Positions 44,119 to 57,646 of a DNA stretch of 64,000 nucleotides are shown here, one piece after another. Below the pieces are notes generated by a model that was not told the origin of the DNA, ran no database searches, and saw nothing but the letters and a program-made list of their open reading frames with translations. Numbering within the stretch: the stretch's first letter is position 1; every line of letters starts with the position of its first letter. The stretch is from positions 60,388,001 through 60,452,000 of the forward strand of contig OX597817.1 in the NCBI GenBank assembly GCA_951406725.2. The letters are read 5' to 3'. A program made the translations under genes and the position numbers. This DNA comes from Octopus vulgaris. Its lineage: Eukaryota.

Positions 44119-44201
44119 TTGACTGTGGCTCTGAAGTTTCGGTCTACTAAGCCATCGTCGGATGATGGCTTAGCTGGTCTAAACTTCGAAGTCACTGTCA
44201 A
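44119..44201. repeat. 83-bp hairpin made of two back-to-back hammerhead remnants
   Basis: Plus arm CGGATGA T GGC TTAGCTG GTC TAAAC TTCGAA GTC; minus arm CCGACGA TGGC TTAGTA GACC GAAAC TTCA GAG. Confidence 0.65.
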
Positions 44202-44233
44202 AATAGTATTCTTGTTTAAGAGTAATAAAGTAG

Positions 44234-44292
<59 letters not shown>

Positions 44293-44295
<3 letters not shown>

Positions 44296-44546
44296 TAAAA
44301 AAGGAAATGAAGAAAATGCTGACAAAATAATTTAAGTAATTTAAGTAATTTAATTAGGTGAAAGTTCTTTTTACTGGTTGCGCATTTGTTATGCTTATCA
44401 AAGTTTTTTCCTCTTATCTGATAAGAGGAAAAAACTTTTGATAAGCATAACAAATGCGCAACCGGTAAAAAGAACTTTCACCTAATTAAATTACTTAAAT
44501 TACTTAAATTATTTTGTCAGCATTTTCTTCATTTCCTTTTTTATAT
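44293..44546. repeat. 254-bp almost perfect palindrome with a 1-nt loop
   Basis: Centre CTCTTATC-T-GATAAGAG (44419). By eye the arms differ by one substitution and one 1-nt indel. Confidence 0.97.
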
Positions 44547-44576
44547 ATCACAACTTGTGTTCTACATCTCATTTTT

Positions 44577-44636
<60 letters not shown>

Positions 44637-44638
<2 letters not shown>

Positions 44639-44890
44639 CGCAGGAGTGGCTGTGTGGTAAGTAGCTTGTTTACCAACCACATGGTTCCGGGTTCAGTCCC
44701 ACTGCGTGGCACCTTGGGCAAGTGTCTTCTACTATAGCCTCGGGCCGACCAAAGCCTTGTGAGTGGATTTGGTAGATAGAAACTAAAAGAAGCCCGTCGT
44801 ATATATGTATATATATATGTGTGTGTGTACGTGTATGTTTGTGTTTGTCCCTCTAGCATTGCTTGACAACCGATGCTAGTGTGTTTATGT
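44637..44890 (+). mobile_element. Abundant tRNA-derived SINE (GGCGCAGGAGTGGCTGTGTGGTAAG family)
   Basis: A-box TGGCTGTGTGG, B-box GGTTCAGTCCC, body CACCTTGGGCAAGTGTCTTCTACTATAGCC. Many homologous copies in this window. Confidence 0.9.
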
Positions 44891-46885
44891 TTAATAATAA
44901 TAATAATGATAATAATAATAATAATAATGATAATAATAATAATAATGATAATAATAATAATAATAATGATAATAATAATAATAATGATAACAATAATGAT
45001 AATAATAATAATAATGATAATAATAATAATAATAATAATTATAATAATAATGATAACATATGTATGCGTATGTGTGTATGTGTGAATGTAGGTATGTACA
45101 TATGATTAAGTTTTTAGGATTGATTCGCTTGTCTCGTTGAACGTCTCTCCAATGAGCAACAGCTGTGTCCCTCCCAGGCCTTGTCTACTCCTTGTTAATT
45201 CACCGTCGTTTGTTTAGCTTCTTCTTTTCGTCTCAATAATCTGTGAAGACGAGCTGTCGTCGTGTTTCACTTGTTGCTTACGAATAATTTATTTCACTTC
45301 AGCCGTGAAGATAAAATAATTTATTTGCTTTAACAATTCTTGCCTCACTTGTCTTACACTTGCCTTTTCTCCTCCAACAGAATTTTACATATCATTTAGA
45401 TTAATATTCTTCTTACTCCTGTTGTTGTTGTTGCTCTTCTTCTTCTTCTTCTTCTTCTTCTTCTTCTTCTTCTTCTTCTTCTTCTTCTTCTTCTTCTTCT
45501 TCTTCTTCTTCTTCTTCTTCTTCTTCTTCTTCTTCTTCTTCTTCTTCTAATCGCCAAATAGTCGGTTACTGTCAGAGGATTTTTGATCAGAATTTGTTTT
45601 TGGTTTTTAGATCCCATAAAGTTTCTCGTATCGCTTATACTGTACTGCTTCATATACAGTAAATTGGATCAATCTAACTTACGCATAATTAAGCTCAATG
45701 CACAGATCTATTCTAATGTTCAGCTACCCCAGAAACGGCTGTAAAGAAGAGCCACCTACTAGTCATCACTACAAGCTTTTCATCTGTGATCTAAAGGTGT
45801 TTTCTTACCTATTTACATAGAATCAACATGAAACACTTCAAATTCTCATCTTCCTCTTCAACGACCTTATTGTACAACTTTTCTAGATTTGTACCCATCT
45901 GCGCTGAATTATCGTTAATTTTCACCTTCCAGATTTGCTGTCTCTTTTATACACATATGTTAAGATATCCAGCGGTGAAAATCTACGATCACGTTCAAGT
46001 GTGGAACTAAGTGGTAAGAATGAATGCGCACATTTGATTTTTTAAAATATCTTTTAATGAGGATGGTGGGAAGAGTAGGCAGCCCTGGGTTGAATGCATG
46101 ATACAAAATATACGCTGCTAAATGCACCTAAGTCAGTGTTAAACCGGACAACGAATTGCGTCTGCCATCTACGTAAGACCTACGGTGGTTTGAACACAGA
46201 ACGGAAATAGATTCGGTTTTTTAACTCAGGACGTGTTGGGTTCTTACCGTTCCTCCCATCCAACAATCTCGATCTGTGCTTTTTATCGACCCCGAAGCGA
46301 ATTCGCATGATCAGGTGGTTAGAGTATTGCAATTACGATCGCAAGGTCGTAGTTTCGATTCCCGCACCAAGAAGTGCAGTGTGTTGCTGAGCAAAACACT
46401 TCAATTCTTGTTGCTCCAGTCTACTCAGCTGTAAATGAGGAACAACCATGCGATGGACTGGCATCCTTCTCAGAGGAATGTTGTGATCTCGGTTACTCAT
46501 ACGCCATGGAAACTAGGTAATCAGCTTTGTGAGTCCTGGGACTCGATACAGTAATGTCCAGGGTTTGGCGATGATGGTGGCGGTGGTGGTGGTGGTGATG
46601 ATGATGGTGATGATGATGATGAGGAAAAGATTGAGGGCAGAGTTGACAAAGACAAGATTTGATCTCTGTTCTTCATCGTTTCATATGCATCTTTGTACAG
46701 AATTGAATGACCTCGTTTTGACAGCGTCTTTTCCGAATCTTCCTGTCCTACACACACTTTCTCAAACACACAAACGCACCAGCACATACAATCTCTGTCT
46801 TTCTCATACACTCTCCAACACACACAGTCTCTCATATATACAAATAAACACTCTCTCTGACACACACGTTCTCTCTCTCTCTCTC

Positions 46886-46930
<45 letters not shown>

Positions 46931-47860
46931 CGCCCTCTCTCTCTCTCCCATCTCTTTCTCTCTTTGTTTCCCATTTAGTTCCTTCCCGCACGTAAAACAA
47001 CCTCCGTCGAACTCTCGTTCTAATCTCTTTTTTCTTTCCGTATTATCTCTTCCCCTTCCACAAACAGTGAAATCATTTTTATCCAATATGACTTCATAGT
47101 CGGGCAGTTTTATTGCCCAACATTGCTTCTTTCCCTACATTATCTGTCGGCTGTTTTCAGTCCTATAAAGATTTATGAGGGAGAACAACTTTTCAATGAC
47201 TGAACGAGATATGTCGGTATCATTCACAAACTCACAGACATTTTCAGGCCATTAAATTTATAAATAAACATTAGTCAGCGAAGCAAGGGAAAGAAGGGTG
47301 ATGTGTGGCGTGTGTGGGGTGGGGGAAGTGCCCTTCACCTTTCCAGGCTGTCCTAGATTAATGAAGTAGTTGATACCCGGCATATACAACTGAAAGTAGA
47401 TGTCCGGCGCAAAACGTGGTCGAGGTTTCGAACTGTGGGCTGAGTCTGATTGCTTGCAGCAACAGAAACTTCAAGGAAGGCAGCAAATGACTTGGTTGCT
47501 GGTGTTGTTTAATTCTGATGGATAATCTTGTGATCAACGAGGTTCCAGTCGTGACCATCATCTATTTGTATCAGTCAAATAACCGATCCAAGTTAAAAAC
47601 CCAAGTTCCAACTTACTTCCTTAAAAGAAGAAGGATGAATTGCCTTAAGTATTCTTTTTTGTTCAATATGTAGTAATTTATATGGGTAGGAAGGATATAT
47701 TAGACTACTACTTCTAGAAGGTCGAGTGGCAGCTAAGAAGCTCCTTCGTTGGCTCTCTAGATGGTGGTGGTGTTAAGCATAGGCAAATATAGGCTTCACA
47801 AACACCATACAACATAAATTCCTGATTCATTAACTTACAAGTGATAAGGTTGGACAAATA

Positions 47861-47903
47861 TCGTGCTGATGACGGCTACTGAGCCAGAAACATGTACTCA
47901 TGA
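47861..47903 (+). ncRNA. Minimal type-I hammerhead ribozyme
   Basis: TCGTG CTGATGA C GGCT ACTG AGCC A GAAAC AT GTA CT CATGA. Stem III is the palindrome ACATGT; stem I is offset by 2 nt. Confidence 0.65.
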
Positions 47904-48179
47904 CTCTTCTCTTATCTTCACACAACAAGCCTGTCTTTTCTCCTCAACGGCATGTCAGTTTTGCAGAAATCTTGAGCCTTATGATTATCTCCCCTTCTCC
48001 TATGTAGCTGGTCACAATTGCCATTTGATAATCATGCTACATCCTCTAGAGGCAGAGATTATTTTAATAAATTAACAAACTCACTCTATACATCGATAGA
48101 CTGTTTAAACACAGCAGATTCTTCGTTTTCAAAATCAAATAATGTTAAGAACAATTACAGAGATAGTAACCATTCTCAC

Positions 48180-48578
48180 AGTAACAATGCTCTTCTCATG
48201 TGACGTACCAATGAAAACAATCTTTTGCACTCCTTGCAGGGTTGGTATTTGAAGAGACATTCTGAAATAATTTTCAGGTCCTTTTTCTTTTAATCATTGC
48301 TCCTACAAGCACTGGCATCGTAACCATATTGAGATGCCAGAATTTCCCGATTTCAATGAGCAAATCTTCATATATTTCCGATCTTGTCAAAATTTTTCTT
48401 TTTGCTGAGATATTACGATCACAAGGAATACACAAATCGGTAAACAAACAGACTTCATTGTTTTGGACTTTCACAACAATATCCAGTTTATTAGCTTTGA
48501 TCGTCCTGTCTATATGTACTGGAAAATCCCAAAGAATCGGTACACTTTCTCCTTCAGTTACAACCTCAGGATGGTACT
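48180..48578 (-). mobile_element. R4/Dong-type RLE endonuclease 3' fragment (same family as 29.5 kb)
   Basis: HPEVVTEGESVPILWDFPVHIDRTIKANKLDIVVK..DLCIPCDRNISAK..DLLIEIGKFW..PVLVGA. Confidence 0.9.
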
Positions 48579-49104
48579 AACCAATTAACTAATCGGTCGT
48601 TTAATTAATCGTTCGGTAAATCAATTAGCTAGGTTTGTCAAAACCCTTTCGTTACAGTTAGCAACCGCTTGCACTTTTTACTCAGTCAAGCAAGTGATTA
48701 TTTAGTTGGTTAAATAATTAACAAAATGAATAATAAAAATAAAGAAGTGAAACAGAATCAGAGCGTGTGTTTGATTCTTATAATGACTCTTCCAAGATGC
48801 AGCAAAATAGAAAAATCCGGACACGATTTGAACTCATGATATAAAGATTACAGCACTTAGAATATTGGTATGCGTTTATTACTGTGTTATACCAGATCTG
48901 CCATCACCAAGAATGATTACAAAAAAAGTATGAAAGAAAGGGAGAGAAAAAGAAAGGGAAAAGAAGGAGGACAAGGAGAAAGACGTAAACCAGAACAAGA
49001 ACATTCGAGCGTCAGACGGGACCCTAAAGACTTTTTAATTATCGGAATTAACTTTTAGAGAGATTCCAGCTTAGCATTTTTCGAGTTGCTTTGTGTGTGT
49101 TCGT

Positions 49105-49163
<59 letters not shown>

Positions 49164-49748
49164 ATACACACACACAGATATACACACATATATATACATA
49201 TATATATATACATATATAAATATATATACATATATAAATATATACATTTATACATGTATATATATATAAATGTGTGTGTGTGCATGCGTGTATGTTCGTG
49301 TGAACCATTGTGTGCGCATGTGCGTGTGCACTGGAGGGAATATCATATGGTTTCGTATTAATCGACATTCTCTGGAAAAAAAGCAAGACAACATCCGTTT
49401 CATTTCGCTTATCCCGACACTCGTACCCCGTTATTTCACACCCTACCCGCACCCCTATCATTACTGCTGCACTCCCCATCGTCATTACCACCATCACGAT
49501 CAACAATGCACCCTAACACTTCTAACCCCTCACGTAAAAATATTATTCTCAATTGTTATAAATCTTGAAAGCTTTCACTCTATAAAACCGTCAAACTTTT
49601 CCCCCATTCGCTGTGTGAAGCCTGTGCTGCGAAGATTCTAAAATAATTAGGTGAATAAGTCAATTTAGAAATATTTGTGTATATGTAAGTATAAATATTG
49701 GTGCATACACTATGATGGCAAATTGTGATATAAAAGTATATATATATC

Positions 49749-49845
<97 letters not shown>

Positions 49846-49925
49846 CTATCCATCCATCTCTCTCTCTCTCTATCTATCTCTCTATCCATCTATCTATCTA
49901 TCCATCTATCTATCTATCTATCTAT

Positions 49926-49981
<56 letters not shown>

Positions 49982-51014
49982 GTATGTATTTATCTATCTA
50001 TCTGTCTGTCTATCTATGCCTCTGTGTTTGGGTTTATATTCGTGTAAAATCGAGTGCACCTGGTGGTAACCAGATCATTCATTGCAGTGCTAGACACTTG
50101 AAAAATGTGTAAAGACGCATTATGGACTGTGAATGATATCATTGAAATTGTAGGACGCATGCGCCTCTTTGTCATTCGACGATACAGTGGCGTTATTCAC
50201 AGCCCATCTTGTGTCTTTACAAATGTCTAATCGGAGAAGTTTCTGATGGGAATGCCTCTGCAGCAAAATGTCTTCGCACTTCCGAGTACACCCAAACAAT
50301 TGCATATAACTTTACACAAATATATTTCACCCAACACTGTTTCGCGCTGCATGGTATGTATCAGAAAATACAGAGGTCGGGGTACCAAATGTGAACTCTA
50401 TCCCTGAAAAACTAAATATCATACACTCAACAGATTGCATCCTAAATGTTAGGGATGAAATCCTTTCTCCCTGCATACACAAGAAATATTTCACACTTAT
50501 ACACTTCAAAAAGGAACCACCACCTGTGCCGCTAATTCCACAAGGATAGCCCCATTTCCTGAATGTGAAATTTGAATATACATAACACGAGAACTCTACA
50601 CACAGAAGATTGTGTCCCTATGACGAATACCTCAATGCACTAGCATATGAACATGACATACACCCAGAATATAATATAAGATAATGCAAACAAATTTACC
50701 ATCCAACATTGACTGTTTGTCTAAATGTCAAACCCAAAGGAGAAAATCACTCAAAAGATGTCATCCAAGAGTAGTGCCCATGATTGTTTTCTTTACAAGA
50801 ATCTCCGCGAATTCAAGGAGACTTTGTGATTTTATCCAAAATGGAGACGAACACCATTTCTTCATGTGATCGGCTTGAAAAATTGTTAAGGTATAAAGAT
50901 ATTTTTCTTAACATGAAAACAAAGGTAGTCTTAATACACAAGTAAAAAGATTATATCCATCAATGCGATGTTGAGCACTCATCATAATCATCATCATCAT
51001 CATCATGCATATGC

Positions 51015-51063
<49 letters not shown>

Positions 51064-51284
51064 TGTATGTGTGTATGTGAGAGGACAAACGAAAGAAAAG
51101 GGCACTCAACACATTTATGTATTATTCAAAACTGTTTGATACGTATTCCGCCCCACTTCATGTTTCGCCGGCCCCGAAAGGAACCTGTTGCCCCAGTTCG
51201 ATCTTTATCTTATGCTATGACCAACAGTGAAGAACCGTCTTCGATCTTGCGTGTGCAGAAACGTGATCAGAATGAATGAATGTC

Positions 51285-51345
<61 letters not shown>

Positions 51346-51452
51346 TACATACACATGCATATACATACACATACAGAACAGACACATTTGTATACACATA
51401 CATATGTAAGCGTATATATATATGCAGACACATACATATGCTATATATACAT

Positions 51453-51507
<55 letters not shown>

Positions 51508-51744
51508 AGATAAAACTGCTATTAGGTTTTATCAAACAGTGAAAAACATAAACCAAAGCATAAAAATAAAAATAATTAATATAATTTACAAAATATATAA
51601 ATTATAAAATCTAAAATTTAGATTATTTAAATTTAAAATTATTAATTTATATTTATATTTATATTTATAAATTTGTTTTTGTTTTTTTTATTAAATATAT
51701 ATAACTATCAAAAAGTATAAAAAAGTTTAATATATGATAAGTAA

Positions 51745-51845
51745 AACCACTACGTACGTTTCATGGCCATAACCTAATTCGAATTACAATTATTTAAATT
51801 CAACTATAAATTCGAATTATAGTTATAGTCAATCTTCAGGTTAAT
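51745..51845 (-). ncRNA. Type-I hammerhead ribozyme with long AT-rich stem II
   Basis: Minus strand: CTGAAGA T TGACTATAAC..AATTCGAATT..AATTCGAATT..GTTATGGCCA T GAAAC GTAC GTA. Stem I is weak. Confidence 0.65.
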
Positions 51846-51944
51846 GATAATAGTATATATATATATGTATGTATATAAGAATTTTTTGCGTAATAAGATA
51901 AAAAACCAAGGCTGTGTATATATAAGAGCATTTATAGATAGAAG

Positions 51945-51996
51945 GTCTTACAGCTGTTTCTAGGATATTAATTAATAATATCCCTTCATCGGAGAC
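51945..51996 (-). ncRNA. Minimal type-I hammerhead ribozyme (second copy of the 11.3-kb motif)
   Basis: Exact reverse complement of 11289-11340, while the flanking repeat carries substitutions and indels. Confidence 0.8.
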
Positions 51997-52139
51997 GGTG
52001 TGAGAGGATGGTTTAGTCATAGTTAGTTTTGATGTGATACAAAATAGAGAGTGAGATGGAGGAAAGAAAATAGATGCAAGATATATATGGGTATTGGAGT
52101 TGTAAATCGGTTTCTTTTAGGCATAATGGTATACTCTTT

Positions 52140-52517
52140 TCTCTCTTTTACTTGTTTCAGTCATTTGACTGCGGCCATGCTGGAGCACCGCCTTTAGTCG
52201 AGCAAATCGACCACGAGACTTATTCTTTGTAAGCCCAGTACTTATTGTATCGGTCTCTTTTGCCGAACCGCTAAGTGACGGGGACGCAAACACACCAGCA
52301 TCGGTTGTCAAGCAATGCTAGGGAGACAAACACAGACATACAAACACACACACACACATATATACGACAGGCTTCATTCAGTTTCCGTCTACCAAATCCA
52401 CTCACAAGTCATTGGTCGGCCCGGGGCTATAGCAGAAGACACTTGCCCAAGGTGCCACGCAGTGGGACTGAACCCGGAACCATGTGGTTGGTTAGCAAGC
52501 TACTTACCACACAGCCA
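52140..52517 (-). mobile_element. SINE, same family as 44637, with complete 3' tail
   Basis: Reverse complement of the 44637 head plus tail GGCGGTGCTCCAGCATGGCCGCAGTCAAATGACTGAAACAAGTAAAAG. Confidence 0.9.
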
Positions 52518-52847
52518 ATATTCCAATATCCTATGAGTAAAGTCCAAAAATCTAACAGAGTTTAAAATGTGTCCTTCCAAAGTTTATACGCAATGTAAGA
52601 TTCCCTTAAAAATCTGTTGGATCTCACTCCAACTTACAAACTCAATCTTTGAGCAGACCCATTAACTCAGTCCACAGACAAATGGCCGTCATCACAGCTT
52701 CACTGCTCAGCTTCGTTATTTAAATGTTGACGTCCTTTATTTTATCGACCGCAGAGAAGCAGGAGCTAGGAGAGGGTACATAGAACGCAAACAGGCAGAA
52801 CAACATGCACCCCTTATTAAATAGTGGTCAGTGATAAACAATTTTTA

Positions 52848-52870
52848 CTACAACAACTACTACTACTACA

Positions 52871-52920
<50 letters not shown>

Positions 52921-53010
52921 AACTACTACTACTGCCGCCGCCGCCACCACCACCACCACTACTACTACTACTACTAGTACTACTACTACTAGTACTACTA
53001 CTACTACTAG

Positions 53011-53076
<66 letters not shown>

Positions 53077-53119
53077 CACCACCTCCATCACCACCACTAC
53101 CACCACCACCACCACCACC

Positions 53120-53151
<32 letters not shown>

Positions 53152-53989
53152 CAACAGCAGCAACAACAACAATGGCGGTAATGACGGCAATAAGAAGAAC
53201 ATGGCAAAAGCAAAAAGAGAAAAAGCAGCTGGAATCACAGAAGCATCATCGCCATCACCATCAAGAGTAGATAGCAATGTCTTGAGGAAGAAGCACCAAC
53301 AACAGCAACAACACTAGTAAGCAGAACGATGACAATATAAATACAAGAACAAGAACAACAACAACAGCAACAGCAACAACATATATGCAAAGAAACACAC
53401 AAGAAGAAGAAGAAGGAGGAGGAGAGGAATAAGAAGGAGGAGGAGAGGAATAAGAAGGAGGTGGAGAGGAATAAGAAGGAGGAAGAGGTGGAGACGAAGA
53501 AGAAGAAGAAGAAGAAGAAGAAGAAGAAGAGGAGGAAGAAGTAGAAATAGAAGAAAAAAGATTGGAAGAAGATGAAAAAAAGGAGAAGAGAAGAGGAAAC
53601 AGACGAAGAAAAAGTCAAGGAAGCGGAAGAGAGAGTAAGAAGAATTGAAGGAAGAAGAAAGAGAAGGAAGAGGAGAAAAGAGGTAAAAGGAAGAGGGGCA
53701 AGAGAAGAAGATGAAAAAAGGTGTAGAAGACGAGGAAAAAGACGAGGAAGAGGAAGAGAGAGAGAGAGAGAGAGAGAGAGAAAATTTCGAGAAGAAAAAG
53801 GAAGGGAAGGTGGAGGAGAAGAAGGAGGAGGAGGACGAGGATGAGATGTAGGAAGAAGGAGGAGAGAAGAAGTAGAGGAAGAGGAAGAAGGAGGAGGAGA
53901 AGAAGTAGAAAAAGAAGAAGAAGTAGAAAAAGGAGAAGAAGAAGTAGAGGAAGAAGAAGAAGAAGAAGAAGAAGAAGAAGAAGAAGAAG

Positions 53990-54020
<31 letters not shown>

Positions 54021-54254
54021 GTTGCTTTTGAATGTTTGTAAAAGGAGATTATTATGGTGGAGGCTTTGTGTAAAACTCCTGCAAGAGACAGAGAAAAACA
54101 AACAAACCGTTGAAATGGAACCAGCAACAACGGGACGGCCTTGAGCTAATGCAAGAGACATCGTCTCCCATTAGTAGCAGCAGCAGCAGCAGTGGTAGTA
54201 GTAGTAGTAGTAGTGGAAGTCGTGCTTGGAAAGCTCCCAATAATGTCGTGTTTA

Positions 54255-54336
<82 letters not shown>

Positions 54337-54420
54337 TAAAAATACCCTACCCCTCATCATCATCATTCTTCTTCTTCTTCTTCTTCTTCTTCTTCTTCTT
54401 CTTCTTCTTCTTCTTCTTTT
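52848..54420. repeat. Compound trinucleotide / polypurine microsatellite field (CTA, CCA, CAA, GAA, GGA, TTC)
   Basis: Direct reading; includes 21-bp AAGAAGGAGGAGGAGAGGAAT x3. Confidence 0.95.
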
Positions 54421-54499
54421 TCTTGAAGACATTGCACAGTATCCAATAACGTGATGTTGTGGATTGAAGATATTGTGTCTACCGGAGGTTTGTACTTTC

Positions 54500-54770
54500 T
54501 GCAAGTCACAACAAACAGACGGTGTTTTATGCAATATGCGTGCAGTTCCAAGCAAAGCCGACTTTTGCAAAACACTAAGATTGCAGTGTATTTCTAAAGT
54601 TCCCAGATCTTACTTCAGGTTGAGTGCTATTGAACCCAACACTCCGATAATAACAAGAACAGCCCTTATGTTTGACTCTAACAGCTGCCACTATTGGGTG
54701 ATCTCCATTCTCAGGTCTCCAAATTTAACAACCTTTTTTCTTTCGTTCATGATAATATGTTGATCTCCTT
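54500..54770 (-). mobile_element. R4/Dong-type 3' terminal fragment
   Basis: KKVVKFGDLRMEITQ*WQL..VIIGVLGSI..LQKSALLGTARILHK. Confidence 0.85.
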
Positions 54771-54850
54771 TTAAGGGATTGTGTTTTCTTTGTTTTTCTT
54801 CCTCTTTCTTTACGATCCTGGAATCAAACGGGCTATTATTGTTTATTATC

Positions 54851-55005
54851 AAGGCGGCGAACTGGCAGAGCCGTGAGCACGCAGGGTGAAAAGCTTAACG
54901 TTATTTCGTCTGTCTTCATGTTTTTTGTTCAAATTCCGCCGAGGTTGACTTTACCTTTGGGGTCGATGTATTCGACTAGTCCTCTCCCCCTCAAAATTTC
55001 AGGCC
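54851..55005 (+). mobile_element. SINE, 36.8-kb family, internally deleted
   Basis: AAGGCGGCGAACTGGCAGAG..GTTCAAATTCCGCCGAGGTTGACTTT..GGGGTCGATG. Confidence 0.8.
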
Positions 55006-55855
55006 ATTATCTTCCGTTAACATTCATAATTTTGCAATGAATTTACAAAAGATCCCCAAAATACACAAATGCGACTACATTAAATAATACACAGAATACT
55101 TAATACAAACACAACATAATAAATATATTGTAGGTGGACTGTCCTGTCGTATGCGATAGACGAATGTTCCACCACTTCTTGCTGAACAAGCTTCTCAGAT
55201 GATTTGGTTATTGCGATCAAATGTTTGTGCTGTACGTCAGCTCGTACCCTCCATCAGAACAACATCGCCTGTACAGGGGCCCAGCGTGTTACACATCAAA
55301 TGTCGAAATGATCGAACAGCAACACACCCCTTGATACTCTCATTGAAACCACGATCTCGGGTCGTGAGTGCAACACCCTCCCCACTAAGCTACACGCCTT
55401 CATTATGCATCTGTCCTGGGTCCGCTTCGGTATCTGCGAGTGACCCACTGAAGGCAATTGCGTAACATGCTTAGTAACCCATAGCTGGGATCCTGGCACA
55501 TATTTCTACTCCGGATCAGAGTAGGCCTGGGGACAGTATTGGTTAAAATGGGGTCCAATACTGTTCAAAACCCTGGGCCTCCCGAAACAGGATATTGGAT
55601 ACTACTGGATACAATTTAATGTTGTATTCAGGAAAAACCTACCATTAATTTATCACATATACAAAAAGAAAATTCTGAGGATTCCACGGGCTCCTTCCAT
55701 TAACACTCACAGATCAAGGAGAAAACAATAAAAGATAAAAGCAAAACAGTGCCCAAATATCCTTAGAAGACTCGCAGAGACTGCTTTTGGCAAATAGCGA
55801 AATAACAATATCAAGTACAAACAATACATTACGCCGTCCTATAAATCATCACAGG

Positions 55856-55968
<113 letters not shown>

Positions 55969-56189
55969 TCACATGTATAACGAAATAAAATCGCTAAAGA
56001 TGAAAGACCACCTGGGTACGCGAGTGTTACAGTTTGTTATTGCAGAAAGTTCCATCCTACACAGCTCCTCTCACCACAACTTGCACAAACATCTCCGAAT
56101 AAATATACATACATCTGCAACACTCCAGAAAACCAATACAACAGCTTTCTAACATTATTTCTTCAATTCTGTCCAGATATCTATCTATG

Positions 56190-56273
<84 letters not shown>

Positions 56274-56274
56274 A

Positions 56275-56356
<82 letters not shown>

Positions 56357-56393
56357 TTATCTGTCCATCTCTCTCTCCCTCCCTCTCTCTCTC

Positions 56394-56458
<65 letters not shown>

Positions 56459-56854
56459 AGATAAATAGATAAAAAGATAGACACACCATCCAGTTGGCTT
56501 CCACTAAAGTGATGTGTTTACTACTGTACTTTGCAGTATTACAGGTTATGATATACAAAGTAAATATAAGAGAAATTATGGTAAACACAAGTTTATATCA
56601 TTTTTTCCCTACGTAGGTTTCACCATTGTGGTTATTTGCAACCTTTGCAGTGAGTATTCATAGTGTAGCTATAGGGATTGTTTACACAGATCGAATACAC
56701 TTGATCCGTGTCCACATAATGTAATAAAGAGCTACCCTGGAGAAGCTTTGTGGATCAGCATCCAAAGATGCAGTGAACATTCATTGCAGAACATGCAAAT
56801 AACCACGATGGTATAAGATACGCAGGGAACAAATGGCATAAAAATTGCTTGTTG

Positions 56855-56909
<55 letters not shown>

Positions 56910-56910
56910 T

Positions 56911-56964
<54 letters not shown>

Positions 56965-57550
56965 CACACACACATACACATACAAACACATACATACAAC
57001 ACACATAAATTACAATCGTATCAACGGCGTTATCAGTTACAAATATTCTACTGGAAATGTTCTTGTTTTCAACATAAGCACAGGATCAGGAATTTGAGAT
57101 GAGTGGTTAAGCAATCAAGTCGACCTCAGTAGATGACTCCTTAAATATGAAAGGAAAAATATGAAAGGAAAACTGACATCGGCACGATTTGAACTCATAA
57201 CGTTAAGGACCGAAACAAAACTGAGAAACCTTTTGAATAATGTTGCATGATTCTGTCTGTTCCCCATCCTTTCGTTGAACTGTGTGCGAAAGGAGTGATA
57301 TCCCTTAGACTCCTCAATTGGTCGCGGAGAGAAGTAGAGGAGATGCTGCTCAGATTGCAACACTACAAAAACCATAAAAATAAAGGAGAAAAGATTGTTT
57401 ACAAACATAACATGGTAGTCCTGGTTTAGGACGAATGTTGCTGTAATTTAGCCCCAGGAGATCTTGTCTCCAGCTGGTCACACGGCACGATCCGTATCCT
57501 TACATTTTCGAGCAAGGGAATCTAGCACCCCCACTCAGCTCAAAACAATA

Positions 57551-57595
57551 TCTGTGTATCGCGATTTCCGGGTTATTTCCCTTCATCAGAACAGA
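57551..57595 (-). ncRNA. Minimal hammerhead ribozyme, left arm of the 57.4-57.8 kb palindrome
   Basis: Minus strand: TCTGTT CTGATGA A GGG AAATAA CCC G GAAAT CGCG ATA CACAGA. Confidence 0.7.
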
Positions 57596-57603
57596 ATAAT
57601 TAT

Positions 57604-57646
57604 TCGCTTTGATGAATGGAAAAAAACTGGAAATCGCGATCACAGA
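57604..57646 (+). ncRNA. Degenerate hammerhead ribozyme, right arm of the same palindrome
   Basis: TTGATGA ATGG AAAAAAA CTG GAAAT CGCG ATC ACAGA. Confidence 0.5.

Noticed and set aside
45150-45950. Possible minus-strand LINE RT remnant
   Set aside because: Only scattered weak similarity; cannot be supported without a search.
52824-54454. Long low-complexity ORFs (up to 308 aa)
   Set aside because: Entirely simple repeats, open on both strands, with no splice or domain evidence.
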